From Eledone cirrhosa (lineage: Eukaryota): a stretch of DNA of 64,000 bases. Within the stretch, counting starts at the first letter, position 1. Every line of letters begins with the position of its first letter. Both the position numbers and the translations under genes were made by a program. Positions 27,521 through 42,552 of this stretch are shown piece by piece. The stretch spans positions 345,898,001-345,962,000 of the forward strand of contig OZ024740.1 of assembly GCA_964016885.1 (NCBI GenBank), in the 5' to 3' direction. The notes beneath the pieces are model-generated. The model was given only the letters and a program-made list of their open reading frames with translations. It made no database searches and had not been told where the DNA came from.

Positions 27521-27811
27521 ATTAAATAAATGGAAACTATATTTATAAAACCATATTTATTTTATTATATATATTTCATGGGCAACCAAGATAACATTGG
27601 TGCGCTTTCATCAGATAAGATACAAAGTGTGTTTTATAAAGAAAGACATACCCATGAACATTTTATAAATGGAGACATACCCATGAAATCTATTCATAAA
27701 ACAAACTTTGTATTTTATCTGATGAAAGCGCACCAATGTTATCATGGTTGCCCTTGAAATATATATAAAAAATAAATATGGTTTTATAAATATAGTTTCC
27801 ATTTATTTAAT
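27521..27811. mobile_element. Fold-back element with a hammerhead motif in each arm
   Basis: Arms 27521-27640/27695-27811; + strand TTTTAT-CTGATGA-AAGCGCACCA..TGGTTGCCCTT-GAAA-TATATA-TAAAA (27713-27770), mirrored at ~27562-27619. Confidence 0.78.
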
Positions 27812-27818
27812 ATCATTG

Positions 27819-27869
<51 letters not shown>

Positions 27870-28049
27870 TTATATATATGTATAATTTATATATATATAT
27901 ATATATATGAATACATTATATATATATCTATATCTATATATATATAATGTATACATATATATATGAATATAAATATATATATATATGCATATATATGTAT
28001 ATATAAATATATATATATATGAATATAAATATATATATATATATGCATA

Positions 28050-28115
<66 letters not shown>

Positions 28116-28304
28116 CATATATATACATATATACATACATATATATGCACTTTTAATTATGACAAGCAAATATCTCTTTGCGTAAATCCGTTCTATTCCA
28201 TGAAATATTAAGCATACATATTCATTTGACAAAAATCTATTTACATACGTTCATACACTCACACACACAATATCAAAACATATATTTGTACATATATCTC
28301 TTAT

Positions 28305-28391
<87 letters not shown>

Positions 28392-28584
28392 GGGGTGCAA
28401 CAATGGTTCAAACGAGGGTAACCACAGTAAGTTACCCATTACATAGTTGAGTATATACAATATTTGATATAGAAATGGCTTCTATAGTACTAGAAAGCTT
28501 TCTTACTGATTTGCTTCAACTCTAACAGTGTTAGTCCTTTAGAGGCCATTCCTTTTTCTCTGTATATATATATATATATATATA

Positions 28585-28865
28585 TTAGAAAGTGAGGTTT
28601 TTTTTCAAAATGAAAATAACCGAGGTGTCATACACGAGTGAAATTATAAAGAGAAAAAGATTAAATCGAAAATACAACTGGAGTCTTATTTTAAAAAGAA
28701 TATATATATTTATTTGGTTCCTTTACCGGTTTCGCAGTTCTTCTGCTTTTCAAAAGTAGAGTTGAGATGGAGGGTCTGTGGTTTTTCTCACATCTGTGGA
28801 ACCAAATATATATATATATTTAAAAAAAATAAGACTCCAGTTGCATTTCGATTTCATCCTTTATA

Positions 28866-28866
<1 letters not shown>
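28585..28866 (-). mobile_element. Fold-back element in (TA)n with U3-A8 hammerhead variant (28721-28756)
   Basis: Arms ~28663-28721/28798-28854; minus strand CTT-TTGAAAA-GCAG-AAGAA-CTGC-GAAA-CCGG-TA-AAG. Confidence 0.78.
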
Positions 28867-28920
<54 letters not shown>

Positions 28921-28926
<6 letters not shown>

Positions 28927-30421
28927 TAACAGATTAAAGTTTAAGCAAAGAATCGCTGCTGTCACCCTTGACGGGCTCTTCTGAAACTAACAAAGTTAAT
29001 CTGTGAACGCAGAAGTGAATATTTCAAAAGACGTTGCAACCGGAGGAAGACAGAAAGACGATACTTTGGTTCGTAGAAACGTTCCCTGGCAATGAACGGG
29101 AAAAAAACGAATATAATACGTCATTATTTGGAGCGGTGAAAAACAATTTCACGCAAAGACAAAACCACGTTTATGGTATAAAATAAGTCGAAGACTAATA
29201 TTATATTACGTGGTTCATAGAGACGTTCTCTGGCAATGAACGGAAAAAACGAAGATAATACGTCATATGTGGAGCTTGGAGAACAATTGCACGCAAAGAC
29301 AAAACCACGTAAATGGTATAACTGAAGTCCTAGACTAAAATTCTAATTAGGAAGCTGAACCGAATGATTCCTCGGCTTTAAAGTTAAGAATAAAGTAAAA
29401 CAAATACAGAGGTAAATGAAATTAAATAAATACATACACGCATCCATATACGAACATACAAAAGCATACGCGAAAACACTTGCCATAGGTATACAAATAC
29501 GCACCCGTACACAAAAAAACACAAAAAACCCACGCACATACAGAACCCACTCAACGCCTGTACCCCGCACGCATAGGTTTATTTTTAATTATATGTATAC
29601 AGGCACACACACACACACATATATGTGTATATATATTTTTAAAATATATATTTTTATTTGTATTCGGTGTATACATTCGTAAGAGTGCGGGTACAGGCGG
29701 TGAGTGGGTTCTGTATGTGCGTGCGTTTTTTTTTTTGCTTTTTTTTGTGAACCTGCGTGTATTTGTAAACCTATGGCGAGTGTTTTCACGTATGCTTGTG
29801 TATGCACGTATATGGATGCGTGTACGTTTTTATTTAATTTCATTTACCTCAGTATTTTATTTATTTTATTCTTAACTCTGAAGCCGAAAATCATTCGGTT
29901 TCCTAGTTAGAGTTTTAGTCTACGACTTCTGTTATACCATTTACGTGGTTTTCTCTTTGCGTGCAATTGTTCTCCTCGCTCCACATATGACGTATTATCT
30001 TCGTCTTTTCCGTTAATTGCCAGAGAACGTCTCTATGAACTACCTAATAGAATATTAGTGTACGACTTCTTTTATACCATAAACGTGGTTTTGTCTTTGC
30101 GTGTAATTGTTTTTCACCGCTCCAAATAATGACGTATTATCTTCGTTTTTCCCCGTTCTTTGCCAGGAAACGTTTCCACGAACCAAAGTATCGTCTTCCT
30201 GTCTTCCTCCAGGTGCAACGTTTTCTGAAATATTCACTTCTGCGTTCACAGATTGACTTTGTTAGTGTCAGAATATCACGTTAAGGAAGAAAGCAGCGAT
30301 TCTTTGCTTAAATCTTTTAATCTGTTATTTTAATAAATATTTACTCTACGGCTCTTATATATTTGATATATATTTATCCTTATCGAGCCCTCTTTGGATT
30401 TTAGTCTTCAAATTTATTATT

Positions 30422-30428
<7 letters not shown>
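28921..30428. repeat. 1.5-kb fold-back (arms ~28921-29570 / ~29685-30333) in (TA)n with an internal ~140-bp duplication
   Basis: Arms are diverged reverse complements; duplicated ACGTT..TGGCAATGAACGG..AAAGACAAAACCACGT block at ~29070-29205 and ~29210-29340. Confidence 0.9.
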
Positions 30429-30485
<57 letters not shown>

Positions 30486-30600
30486 GTGTGTGTGTGTATG
30501 TATATGTGTATATGTGGCATTGATAAATATGGTGGGTCCGTCAACTCCTTATTATATATTTATACACACATATATTTATATATACGGTATATAAACATAT

Positions 30601-30689
<89 letters not shown>

Positions 30690-30692
<3 letters not shown>

Positions 30693-31350
30693 AATTAGTA
30701 TATCTACCAATATATATATATACAGATGCATACTTATGCTAGCAAATATATAGGTTTTATATATGGAGTGAAACTTTAGTAAGTAAGTTAATTTTTATAA
30801 TTTTCTTATTTTACGTCTTTCATATAATTGTTCTGCATCCCCTTGTATTGAACCACAAAGTTACTAAGACAAAACCTATATACTTGCTAGCATAAGTATG
30901 CATCTGTATATATATGTTGGTAGATATACTAATTCTTTATAATTATCTCCAAATTATTTTGTTGAGTAAAAATTTGCCAAAACTACTACTATAGTTCATA
31001 GTAATAGTCCGGCTACTGTCTTATTAACACCCCACTCCTCACTGATTAACCTCGATGTCACGTGATTGATTCTTTTGAATTTGCCCCCAACCATGTAGGC
31101 AGTGATTTTTCAATGTCATGGAATTTAGTCCTCGCTTGCTTTTTTCCATTCTCTGAATTATGTTTGTATAAGTTCCCTGTGTCCACGCATCGCCTAGGAA
31201 CTTAGCTGAGAATTGACTTCCTGATGACGAAAGGTATTCTCCATGTTCCATTCGGAAACCATGTTTATTCCCTTTCAGAAACTAATTAGTTGCAGTGAAA
31301 CTTTAGTAAGTAAGTCAATTTTTATAATTTTCTTATTTTACGTCTTTCAT
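30690..31350 (+). mobile_element. 556-bp family, insertion B (527-bp unit): short inverted arm + 1.1 units, HHR at 31216-31296
   Basis: ACTTC-CTGATGA-C-GAAAGG..CCTTTC-A-GAAA-CTAATTAG-TT-GCAGT; GTGAAACTTTAG at 30768 and 31295. Confidence 0.87.
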
Positions 31351-31609
31351 ATATATATAGTTCTTTTTTTTATTTGTATCCCATATATCCAGCAATATAC
31401 AGTGTTTGCGAATACACATTTGAAAGCCTTTAACTCTGTATCTAGAGTGATTAGGTCCATCAGGTAGAATCCAGCATAAGCAGCGGCAGGTAATCTGTTG
31501 ATGGTGGTCGACTCTTTTTTGACCGTTATGAACGCAGCAGTCCCACATCCCACAGCAGTCCCACATATGCTGGAATTTTATACATGTGAAAACACAGTTT
31601 TGATGCCTG

Positions 31610-31742
<133 letters not shown>

Positions 31743-32179
31743 GTGAGTATTTATATATAAATATGTATGTGTGTGTTTGTACGTGTGTTCAGTGGGGTGA
31801 TATTGTACCTTTATCACAAACGACGATGATTGCTACAGATGAATTAATCATTAGAATTCTTTGTTTGCATGTGACATTGTCTACTGCCACCCCACCCCCT
31901 CCATTCAGTTTATTTACGTCGTTTTTTCCCCTTTCTTGCTCTCTCTTCACTATTTTTCTTTTCTTTCCATAATGGCCTGTTAGTCGATAAAAGGCCTTGC
32001 GCGCGCTGCTGATCGATTTTGATGTCCTGTTTTAAGCGCCGCAACATCGATGATCGCTGTTAACAGCTGATGATGGGTTTCTTCTCTTGTTTACGTCCAT
32101 ATTATTATCTTACACTTTGTTTACAGTAACCACACAGCCCGCTGCGTTTCTTGTAACTCTCTCTCTCTCTCTCTCATTC

Positions 32180-32288
<109 letters not shown>

Positions 32289-32407
32289 ACATATACACAC
32301 ACATACATATATGTGCGTGCATGTGTGTATGCGTTGTGTGTGTGTGTTTATATATATATTTGCACATACACACCCACACTCACACGCAACCATACACACA
32401 CACTCAG

Positions 32408-32439
<32 letters not shown>

Positions 32440-32917
32440 TTATTTATATATATATCATTTTGCTGGTCTTTTTTCGTAAACATACAGACACACTAGTCAC
32501 TCTAAATTTTCATTTTCGCATTTTTCTTCTCTTATTAACGTATTCAGTGTAAACGCTATTATCTTTCCCTTCAGATGTCTCTGATTTAATTCCTTTTGTT
32601 CTTTGATAAAGCAACTAAGAAGTCTTGAAGATGTAAATGAAATAATGTGAAAAAAATTAGATTGGGGATATTTCTGTGAAAATATTACAGTTAAACTACT
32701 AACGTCTTCTTCACTGGAGCCCATGATTCTGTTATTGATTAACTCTTGTACCCTTGTGGCAAATAATGAAGGGGCCGTTGTTGATGTTCATATTTTAGGT
32801 CCTTGTTGTTGTTTCAATATATTTCTTGTAATTTCGCTTCGGTTAAGTATGTTATTGTTGTTGCCACTGTTATGTATTTTCTTGATTATAACGTTGTTTC
32901 TTTTTCTGGATATTGTT

Positions 32918-33010
<93 letters not shown>

Positions 33011-34568
33011 TTATACATACATATATATATACATTTATATATATATATGTGTGTGTGGTATTTTTTTTATTGTTTTCAAATTTCTTTCCTATCCTTTGTT
33101 CTGTTTTGATGTTGTGTACTTTTTTTCATTTTATTCGTGTATTTTTTTATTTATCATAGTTGTTTCTATTATTCTAGTCTTCGTTGCCGTTGTTATAGAT
33201 GTAGAACTGCGGTTGTTACTGATTATTTATAACTTCCTGTCGAATTCATGACGATTACAACGACAGTCGCGTCGACGTTGACTCAGGAAACGACGACGAA
33301 GAGGGTGATAGTGACGATGATAAAGATGAAGATGATGATGACGATGATGAAGTCAATGGTGGTGATGAGGATGATGGTTAGGATTCTAATGATGGTGGTG
33401 ATGATGATAGATCATGATGACGATGCTTACGATGATTATCATATTTATGATGATGGTTACTCACAATTTGTTCTACATGTCGCACAAGACCAGCAATGTG
33501 AAGGGAAGCGGAAAGTTGATTATATCGATCCCAGTGCCTTGCTGGTCCTTTATTTTACCGACGCCGTAATGATGAAGGACAAAGCTAACTTCAGAGATAT
33601 TTGAGTTCAGAACGTAATGGGCCTAACTCTAAGTTGCATAGCATGCCATCCAAAGCTCTACTGATATAGCCAATCCATCGTTGGTTGTGAATAATAATTG
33701 TTTCTACAATTGGCACAAGCCCAGCACTGTGAAGAGAAGGGAAAGACGATTAAATCGACACCAGTACTTAACTGGTATTTTTTTTTACACATTCCAGAAT
33801 AAATTATGAATTGCAAAGTAGAATACGCCGAGGAGGAGAGGGAAGGGGAGGAGAAGGAGTAGAAGAATTGACAGGGGGACAAAGAGTACGGTTGTGACGT
33901 TGAAAATTAATGTAATGATGATGCTGCTTCTTTTTGTGCTGTCCTCATGATTTTCGTTTTGTTCAGATTTTTTCTTAGTCTCCAGCTACCAAAATCTGAC
34001 CCCAGACCCACATTTTGTATTATTGTTTATTATTTTGTATATTTTATTTTTTTCTTGATGCTGTTATATTCTGATTGTTGTTGATATTTTGGTTGATTCT
34101 GCTGTCTTTTTGTCAGTTTTCCTTGATAATTATTTCCTTAGATATTTTATTGTTGTTGCTAAAGTTTTCCTCGATTTTTTGGGTGCTATTGTTGGTACTG
34201 TTGTTGATCTGGTATTTTATTATTTTTTTCCAAAATTTCGTGTATTTATTTACCGTTTTGACAATAATAAACAGCGACAGAAATCTCTTGTTGCTATGCA
34301 TGGTGCTGTATTCGTCCTTGTGGGTGTATTTTTTCTTCAAAATGTTGTAGATGTTGTTTTTTATGTGATTACAAATGCTATGCCTTTCGGTTATGATTAT
34401 TATTACAATTATCACCATGGTGATGAAGTATATCTATATCTTATTTGTAATTATTTTATAGTGATTATTTAAATTTTCTTTCCCTTTTCATTTTTTTTTC
34501 ATTCCCCTCTAGTTATTTTCACAAGAATAGATTTATTTATTCCAAGACTAGTAAATAGCATCCTTGGA

Positions 34569-34681
<113 letters not shown>

Positions 34682-34736
34682 TATATATATATATATGTAT
34701 ATATGTATATATATATATATATATACACACACATAT

Positions 34737-34838
<102 letters not shown>

Positions 34839-35469
34839 TTATATATGCATATGAGTGTATATATTTGTATATATATATATATATATATGTATAATATATG
34901 GGATACTTGGAATGCCATTTCATGTAAATGCAAAATAATTCGATACTTCTCAATATCATGTTCTGTTTATTTTGATATTTTTGAATCTTTAATACACTTT
35001 AATTCAAGTTCGACAACATAAAGAGTAAGACCCATGAATACGGGAAAATATAGTATCATTTCGTTATCTGATACGATTATATGGTACAGTCGATCGATCC
35101 ATTAAAAAAATATCTCTTTTTGTTACGCTTGTAATAATATAAATTGGCTCAACCCTGATGAAAACATGGCAAAAATCATTACAACTTTGATCATAAGCTT
35201 AATGTAATGTTTATCTCATTTGGAACAGTAGTATGTGGGTTTATAAATATTTAGCTACTGATTCTTATAGATCAAGCAGAAGATAGGGAGAGACTTCGGT
35301 TGGCTAAATCATTTCAGAGTAAATCCATATAGAGAATGCCTTATGTATGTTCAAGCCAAACAGAATCTATATTCTAAAAGACAAGCTGATCCCCACCTAT
35401 CTGAGCGTCACATCATGTATGTAGATGGAGGGAAGACGGGGAGGAATCAAAAGGAGAGATAACCCCTGT

Positions 35470-35765
35470 CACAAAAATATATATAAAAGGGGAAGAAGGG
35501 GAGGGAAAATGTTGTTAAAAGAGAAACACAGTGAGAGAGAGTGTGTTTGAAAGTAGAGGTGGATAGTTAATGACGTCAGAAGGAAACTGGTGACGACAGA
35601 CTTTATAAAAGACTTTTATGTGCAAGTCCGTCAACAGTTTCATTTTTATGGTGTCAACCCTCTACCTCCTGTCTATCTTTCACACACTCTCTCTTTCACT
35701 GTATTTCTCTCTCAACAACACATTTCACTCCACTTTCTCCCATCCTCTTACATATATGTGTGAAA
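35470..35765. repeat. Old imperfect inverted repeat
   Basis: GAGAAACACAGTGAGAGAGAGTGTG..GAAACTGGTGACG versus CGTCAACAGTTTC..CACACTCTCTCTTTCACTGTATTTCTC. Confidence 0.65.
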
Positions 35766-35899
35766 ATGTGTTGTATTTGAAAAAGAAATACAGAAAAAGA
35801 GAGAGAGGGGGTGTATGTGTGTGTGTATGGAACATGTATAGTTTAAAGCGTAATTTATAATTGGGGTGACGTCATAACAAAATGTACGTACATAATTAA

Positions 35900-36665
35900 C
35901 AAATATTTTGCCGGCAGATACATTGCTTCACCAAACCATACTATGGGACAGGATTTCTTTTTCCACTCTCACCTTCCATTCCATGTGGAATTTCAAAAAT
36001 GTTGATGAGGGTTTGGCCAAAGAGGAAAGACACTGTCTTCAGTCTTTTCAGCCGCGTCCACAACAAAACCTATTTTGCTACATCGATGAGTTCTTCAGCG
36101 AAGAGATCTGTCTTCAGTTCTTTTATATAACCTGTTTATCCATCACCAGCAAACAGAAAAAAAAACTGTTCGCCCATCCCTGTTAAAGGGGAAAAATGGG
36201 GCAATCTTCAAGCTAAACACAGTCATTAACCGGATCGGTCCTACACGCGACAACAGTTTATCTATATAAGCTTACAGGTCAGCAACTCACGGACGTTGAA
36301 CACATTCACACAGAAAAGTTTCGTGGCCCTACGAGTGTCTCACATAGGCGTGTCTTACACTATTTCTGTGTCTCTATAGTTTATCTCTAACCGGTAGATA
36401 AACTCTAGCCAGAGTTTTCTGGAAATTATCGGTCATCAAATGGCCGAAATCTCTCCGGAACAGTTCAACCAGTTCATTCTCGTCGACACATGGGATTTTT
36501 CCAAGAAAGTCGAACACCTCATCACAACGAATCCTCAAATATCAACAGGAAATCGTAGCTCTTGAAGTAGGTGAAATACGATAGTAGGAGTTCTCACCTC
36601 ATTATCAGAGGCGAAACTTCTATCTTACTAAATTCACATAACAAGGATCGAAAACAGCAAATATT
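35900..36665 (-). mobile_element. Older Tx1/L1-type 3' fragment
   Basis: Diverged homologue of ~37130-37790 (e.g. TGTCTTCAGTC, CTACACGCGACAACAG shared). Confidence 0.65.
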
Positions 36666-36691
36666 GATAGCACCAAACAATAATAATAATA

Positions 36692-36880
36692 ATTGTTTCT
36701 ACTTTTGGCACAAGGCCAGCAATTACCCAGTACATTACTGGTACTATATTTTATCGACCCCGTAAGGATGAAAGGCAAAGTTAACCTCGGCGGGATTTGA
36801 AATCAGACCATAAAGGGCCGTAACTCTTTGCTGTAAAGCATGGCGTCCGACCCTCTACTGATACTGCCAATCCACCGCCC
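36692..36880 (-). mobile_element. tRNA-derived SINE with (ATT)n tail
   Basis: Full-length reverse copy of the 23588-23775 family. Confidence 0.88.
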
Positions 36881-39800
36881 TTATAGGGGACAATAAAATA
36901 GTCGGGGGCAGTGTGGATTTTACATAAAAATCGAGTGAAAATAGGAAAACGATAACAATAAATAAGAAAAATACAATGAAAAATCTGCAATAGGGGGGGG
37001 GGGAAGATAACCACCTAGGGTTAACTCAGGTACCCATCAATCCTGAACCACCCGACACTCGAGGGCACCCCTCTCTCCTCAAATTCAACAGCCTACCGGT
37101 GCATGATCAGAGTAGGCCCACTCACACGGACCATTGTCGGCACATTGACCCACATTTCAGCAAAGGTGTGGGGGGGGGGGTTGCAGCACTTCTCTCTCCT
37201 CCTTCACCTTCTTTTCCAGGTGAAACTTAAAAATAGTTGATGAGGGATTAGCCGAAGAGAAAAGTGTCTGTCTTCAGTCCTTTCAATCTGGTCCAACATA
37301 CAACATCTTTCGCAGCTGCTACAAGAAGGAAGAAAATTGCCTGCCCTTCCTGTCGAAAAGAAGACGGCGAGTTGATCTTCACTATCGACTCGGCCGATAG
37401 CCGGATCCTTTCTACACGCGACAACAGCTGTTCGATATAACTCCACAAGTCAGTAATGCACGGACACTGGAAGGGACCGTGCAGAACGGTTTCGTTGCTC
37501 TGCGTGCATCTCGAGAAGGTCCATCTGACAGCAGTTCCGTGCCTGTAGAGTTGATCTGGAACCGGCAGTGCCCCTCTTCCTCGGTAGCACTGACAAGCGA
37601 GGGATTTTTCGAAATTATCCATCGTCCCCGGCTCGAAATTCCTCCGGGACAGACTGGTTAGTTCAACTTCAACGACGCCCAAAGCCTCTCCAAGTGCGAA
37701 GTCGCACTTCCAACCACTAATCCTCTATAGAACTTGCGAGTGGAAGGTCCACTGACCACATTGCCCGCCTGTTAGAGCGTAGTGAGCACCTGGCAACATT
37801 CCAGATGTCAGTCGCCCAGTCTCGGTCTCTTCATGGCCCAGGACTGCAGCTCAGTCAAAGAGAAGAGCTGCAGAAAGACCCGTCTGTCAAATGGCAACCA
37901 CATCTGTTCACTGTTTAGGAAGAATATCTGGAGATGCCCCAGCCCCAGCGCATGTTTGCGAATCATTAGCCACGGTATGCCCAGGCTTCCGCGTAGAGGG
38001 TGCTGGCAGCAGATGGATCGCCTCACCAACGGAACCTGTTCCCTCCACAGGAGGTTGAAGAGGAGTCGCACAAATTTGGTGAGGCACGAACGGGGACAAA
38101 GCACGACGGCCAGTTGTTAGTATATGACGAATGCGATGAAGGCATTCGCCATCTCCACCCGATCTTTCAGGGAAAGCTTCTTCTTGGCCCATTTCTGGGT
38201 GAGAGTGGCTACCCTGCTCGTCACCTCGTCCCAATTCTTATACACTTGGAGGACTGTTCCGAACCAAAACCCGAGCAACTTTACCGATTCGGCGCTCCAG
38301 AGCCCGCCGACGCTGTTGGAGGCATGGACTTGCTTCTCCAGGTGCCGACTTTTCCGAGTTTAATTTCGCTCTTTTCAACTTTTCATATTCCTCCAATAAG
38401 GTGCCGACAACCTCGATTTCCGAGGTGTTCGGCACCATCACGATGATGTCGTCCTCGTGTGCCGAGACAGTCCTTCCGCGTCCCGTTTCGAGCGGGATTG
38501 ACTGCAACAACTCCAGCTTCCGCAGTAAAGGCTTGAGTGTCAATACGTACAGAAGGGAGGAGAGAGGGGACCGTTGACGGAGCGATCGGGCGATCTGAAG
38601 TGCTTCCGAAAGGTAGCCGTTAACTTTGACTACCAAGCAAATGCCGCTGTGCATTACAGCATTCCAGTCTCTGAAGACAGACCGAAGCCAATCGCCTTTA
38701 GTACAACCTCCAGGCATCGATGGTGGACTCCATTGAAAGCTTTCGATTGATCTAAATTGATTAGAGCTTCACTGAATCCATGTTTACACCCTACCCTCTC
38801 TATGATGTATCGCATGAAGTGGAGGTTGTCTTTGCGCCTCCCCAACCAAATCCTCGACCATAAGCGCCAACCTCTTCGCTAACACCTTGGCCAAAATTTT
38901 AAACTCTGTGTTCAGCAGAGTTATGTGCGTGAAATTTTCTAAAGTATCGCTCTTGTCCTCGTTTTTCCTCAACAGCGTCACTACGCCCCGACTCACAGAA
39001 CAGGGAATACTCCCGTTCTGCTGCCAGTTGTATTAGAGTACTTCGAAGAGATTAGAGAACAAGTCTGGCATGTCTACGTAAAGCTCGTAGAGCAGACCAT
39101 CCGGCATTTCAGCGGAAGGTATCGGCCTTTCGCAGCGCCCAGCGTCGGCTGGTGAGTGATGCACAGGCCATCGAGGAAGGGAATGAAATCCGCCACCGTC
39201 TTCGACTACCCGCTCCACCCGAACAGCCGAGCAAAGTGCTGGTGAATGGCCCCACACCTCTGCCAGGAATCGTTCAGCTCACGTTCGACTCGGTCTATCA
39301 AACTCCGAATTGATGTTTTGTTACCACGCTGCGCTTCCAACACTCGGGCCCATTGAGCAGCTTTTGTTCCCTCGTTTCTCAGGGCACGCGCCTTAGCTCT
39401 GACAATGCAGCCTTCGTGTGTCTCATTGAAGAAATGGCCTAGTACCATTCTCGCAGCTAGCACGTCGGTTGCAATGCCACTCCTAACTACCTCACCTAAT
39501 TTAGTTACTAACTCCCTTTCCGTTTGATTTTTTCCTATAACTACGTATTTGGTGAAATCTATGGGTTTCTACTCCAATTGCTCTTTGAAAGCGCCCCGCC
39601 ATCTGTTAACGATGGCCTGCTGTAGACTTTACGTGCCCGGAACGACGCGTGAAGCTTCAAGTAAATGGGTCCCTGTCTGGGTGTTCTGTTTAGATCGACC
39701 ATGCAGATCACAAACTTGTGGTCTGAATAGGCGACCGTATGTAATTGTGAACACCCTATACTAACTTTATCCACTAATCTAATTAGAAACATATCTAAGT

Positions 39801-40825
39801 ACGATCAAGATTTCCCTAAACGCTTTCTCCAGGTCCACACTGGAGAATTAGGAAAATTTAGTCGATACCTGTCAGAGAGTGGAAACTGGCTGATCATGTT
39901 TTAGAAGTGTTTGCACCCACCCACTCACCCTCACACTTTTATCGGCTACTCCCACACAGTCTCACCATGCGTCGAAGATGCCGTTCCAGTCCCATGCTAA
40001 CACTAAAGGGCGAGACGTTCCTAGAAAGACTTCCATATGCTGAAATAAATCTGACCGTCTTGCCCCAGTCGGCGCGTAGACAACCACAAGTCTAAAAGCA
40101 CCACCTTCACTATTGTTCACATCTAGAACCATCTGCTTACTTACCGGGTCCAGGAAAATCGTCCGTACATCTAGACCCAGGCCATTCCTAAATAGCACAC
40201 CCAACCACCTCCCATTCCAACCGACTAAGAAATGCGTAGATCTCAAATTCGTCAAAAATAGGGGCTAGTGCGTGTTGGAAATTCTGGCCTCGCTGACGGC
40301 TGTCACATCCACAGCTAGTGACCTGAGGTTGTTGATCAAGCGGCCTTGCTTCCAGGGTGATCTTGGAGGTCTTTCCAGTCGTTGTTGGTTATGGTGGTTC
40401 TGTGGCCGTTGCCGGTGGTATTGTTACCTTTGCTGGTGTTGTTGCTGATGCTACTAATGCAGAATTTGGTGCTTCTGCTGTTGTTTCTGGCTGTTGCAGT
40501 TGCTATTGAGGCCCCAGCGTCGGCAGCAGCGGAGACCTTCGACCCTTTGCATTTTTCTGTAACTGAGGGCAGAAGGCTTGCAAGTGTGTTGTTTCGCCGC
40601 AAATGAAGCAGTGCGACCGTTTGCTCTCAGTCATTACTTGTATAACCGTCCCGTTTTGGAGACGGATCTGCTCCGGGATTTTACTTTGTTCTTTGATTTG
40701 GAGATACTTCTCCTGATCAAGCCCGGACCAGTTCTCTCTGTCTCCTCTAGTTACCTCTATTGGGACGACATATGTACCCTCCACAATCTCGCATCCCAAG
40801 AGCCACCACATATCTAGCAAATGAG
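36881..40825 (-). mobile_element. Degenerate Tx1/L1-clade LINE (ORF1 knuckle, APE, RT, C-terminal domain)
   Basis: CFICGETTHLQAFC; FRLVVVYAP..DWN, SDHKFV (APE); ITLLNTEFKILAKVLAKRL, LDQSKAF, RQRSPLSSLLY, AHEDDI (RT); many frameshifts. Confidence 0.88.
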
Positions 40826-40869
40826 CACCAAAATAATAATAATAACAATAATAATGATATTAATAATAA

Positions 40870-41055
40870 TTGTTTCTACTTTAGGCACAAGGCCAGCAAT
40901 TACCCAGTGCATTACTGGTACTTTATTTTATCGACCCCGTAAGGATGAAAGGCAAAGTCAACCTCGGCGGGATTTGAACTCAGATCGTAAAGGGACGTAA
41001 CTATGCTGGAAAGCATGGCGTCCGACCCTCTACCGATACTGCCAATCCACCGCCT
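40870..41055 (-). mobile_element. tRNA-derived SINE with (ATT)n tail
   Basis: Same family as 36692-36880. Confidence 0.88.
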
Positions 41056-41069
41056 GATATTAATAATAA

Positions 41070-42390
41070 TGACACTGAAGAAGGATACAAGTAGTTGGGT
41101 GTTCTGGAGGCCGATGACATCAAGAACAAAAAAATGAAGGAATTGATAAGATCTGAATACATTCGGAGAGTAAGGAGCGTATTAAAGTCACATCTGAACA
41201 GCAGAAATGCCATAAGTGCAGTAATTACCCGAGCTGTGTCTATTATTAGGTACAGTGCGGGAATTCTGAGATGGAATCTTGCTGAACAAAAAGAAATGGA
41301 TAGGAAGGCTAGGAAGCTATTGACTATCTACAACATGTTCCACAAGAGGAGTGATGTCGATAGACTCTACTTAAGGAGATCTGAAGGTGGAAGAGGTCTT
41401 ATCAGCATAGAGGACTGTGTTCAGATGGAGAAAAACAACCTACACAAATACGTGACTGATAGTAAGGAGCCAATGCTCAGAACTGTACTGAAGGAGGGGA
41501 CAATAGACCAGGGGATGTCCAAGGAGGAAATAACATCAAGGAGAAAGAGCAGCCTTCAGGAAAAATCCCTTCATAGTACCTTCTTTGAGAAAACTGAATT
41601 TAGAGATCCACAGACATGGAACTGGTTGAAAAGAGGAGACCTTAAAAAGGCTACAGAAGGAATGTTAATGGCTGCGCAGGAGCAGGCCCTCAAAACGAAG
41701 TGGTTGAAACACCATATTTACAAGGAGGAGGCTAGCCCACTGTGCAGGATCTGTGGAGAGAGAGAGGAGATTGTGGCTCACATTGTATCCGAGTGTAAAC
41801 ACCTAGCCCAGACTCACTATAAGGGCTGGAGACATGATGTGATGGGCAGGGTGATCCACTGGCACCTGTGCAAAGTAAACAATTTACCGCATTCTGAGAA
41901 GTGGTATGAGCATAAGCCAGAGTCGGTGATAGAAAACGATCAGGTGAAGGTGCTGTGAAATTTTAGGATACAGACGGACAAGAAACTGGAACACAATAGA
42001 CCTGACCTGGTGGTTGTGGACAAAGAAAAAAGATCGTGCCTGATTGTGGATGTGGTCTGCCCATTCGATACGAGAGTGCAAGAGAAGGAGAGGGAGAAAA
42101 TTAACCGATACCAGGACTTAAAGTGGGAGGTAAAAAGGATTTGGAACTGCCATGAAGTCAAAGTGATACCGATTGTCATAGGCGCACTAGGGACTATCTC
42201 AAAAAGTTTCCAGGGATGGTTAAAGACAATTGGCCTCTTCACGCTTTTTGGAACGCTTCAAAAGGCCTGCTTGCTGGGAACAGCAAGAACCCTCCGATAC
42301 GTCCTGAATATCTGAGGCTGCAGGTAGTGGCTTGATATTCATTTCAACAAACTTTCCAGTTAACTAACATCAATGACTGAGACTCAAAGA
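41070..42390 (+). mobile_element. R4/Dong-type LINE family B, 5'-truncated
   Basis: RLYLRRSEGGRGL, CRICGEREEIVAHIVSEC, RHD, RPD..D..K; TGA at 41956 replaces the Trp of the sister copy; (TAA)n at both ends. Confidence 0.9.
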
Positions 42391-42410
42391 ATAATAATAA
42401 TAACAATAAT

Positions 42411-42552
42411 AATTGTTTCTACTTTTGGCACAAGGTCACAATTACCAAGTGCATTACTGTTACTTTATTTTATCGACCCCGTAAGGCTGAAAGGCAAAGT
42501 TAACCTCGGCGGGATATGAACTCAAAATGGCAAGGGCCGTAACTCTATGCGT
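42411..42552 (-). mobile_element. Partial tRNA-SINE, tail-to-tail with Dong element
   Basis: AATTGTTTCTACTTTTGGCACAAGG..TTATCGACCCCGTAAGG. Confidence 0.82.

Noticed and set aside
32050-32160. CTGATGA near 32057 as a hammerhead
   Set aside because: No downstream GAAA/stem III/stem I arrangement.
33248-33604. Met/Asp-rich ORF
   Set aside because: Degenerate (GAT)n repeat running into a SINE remnant.
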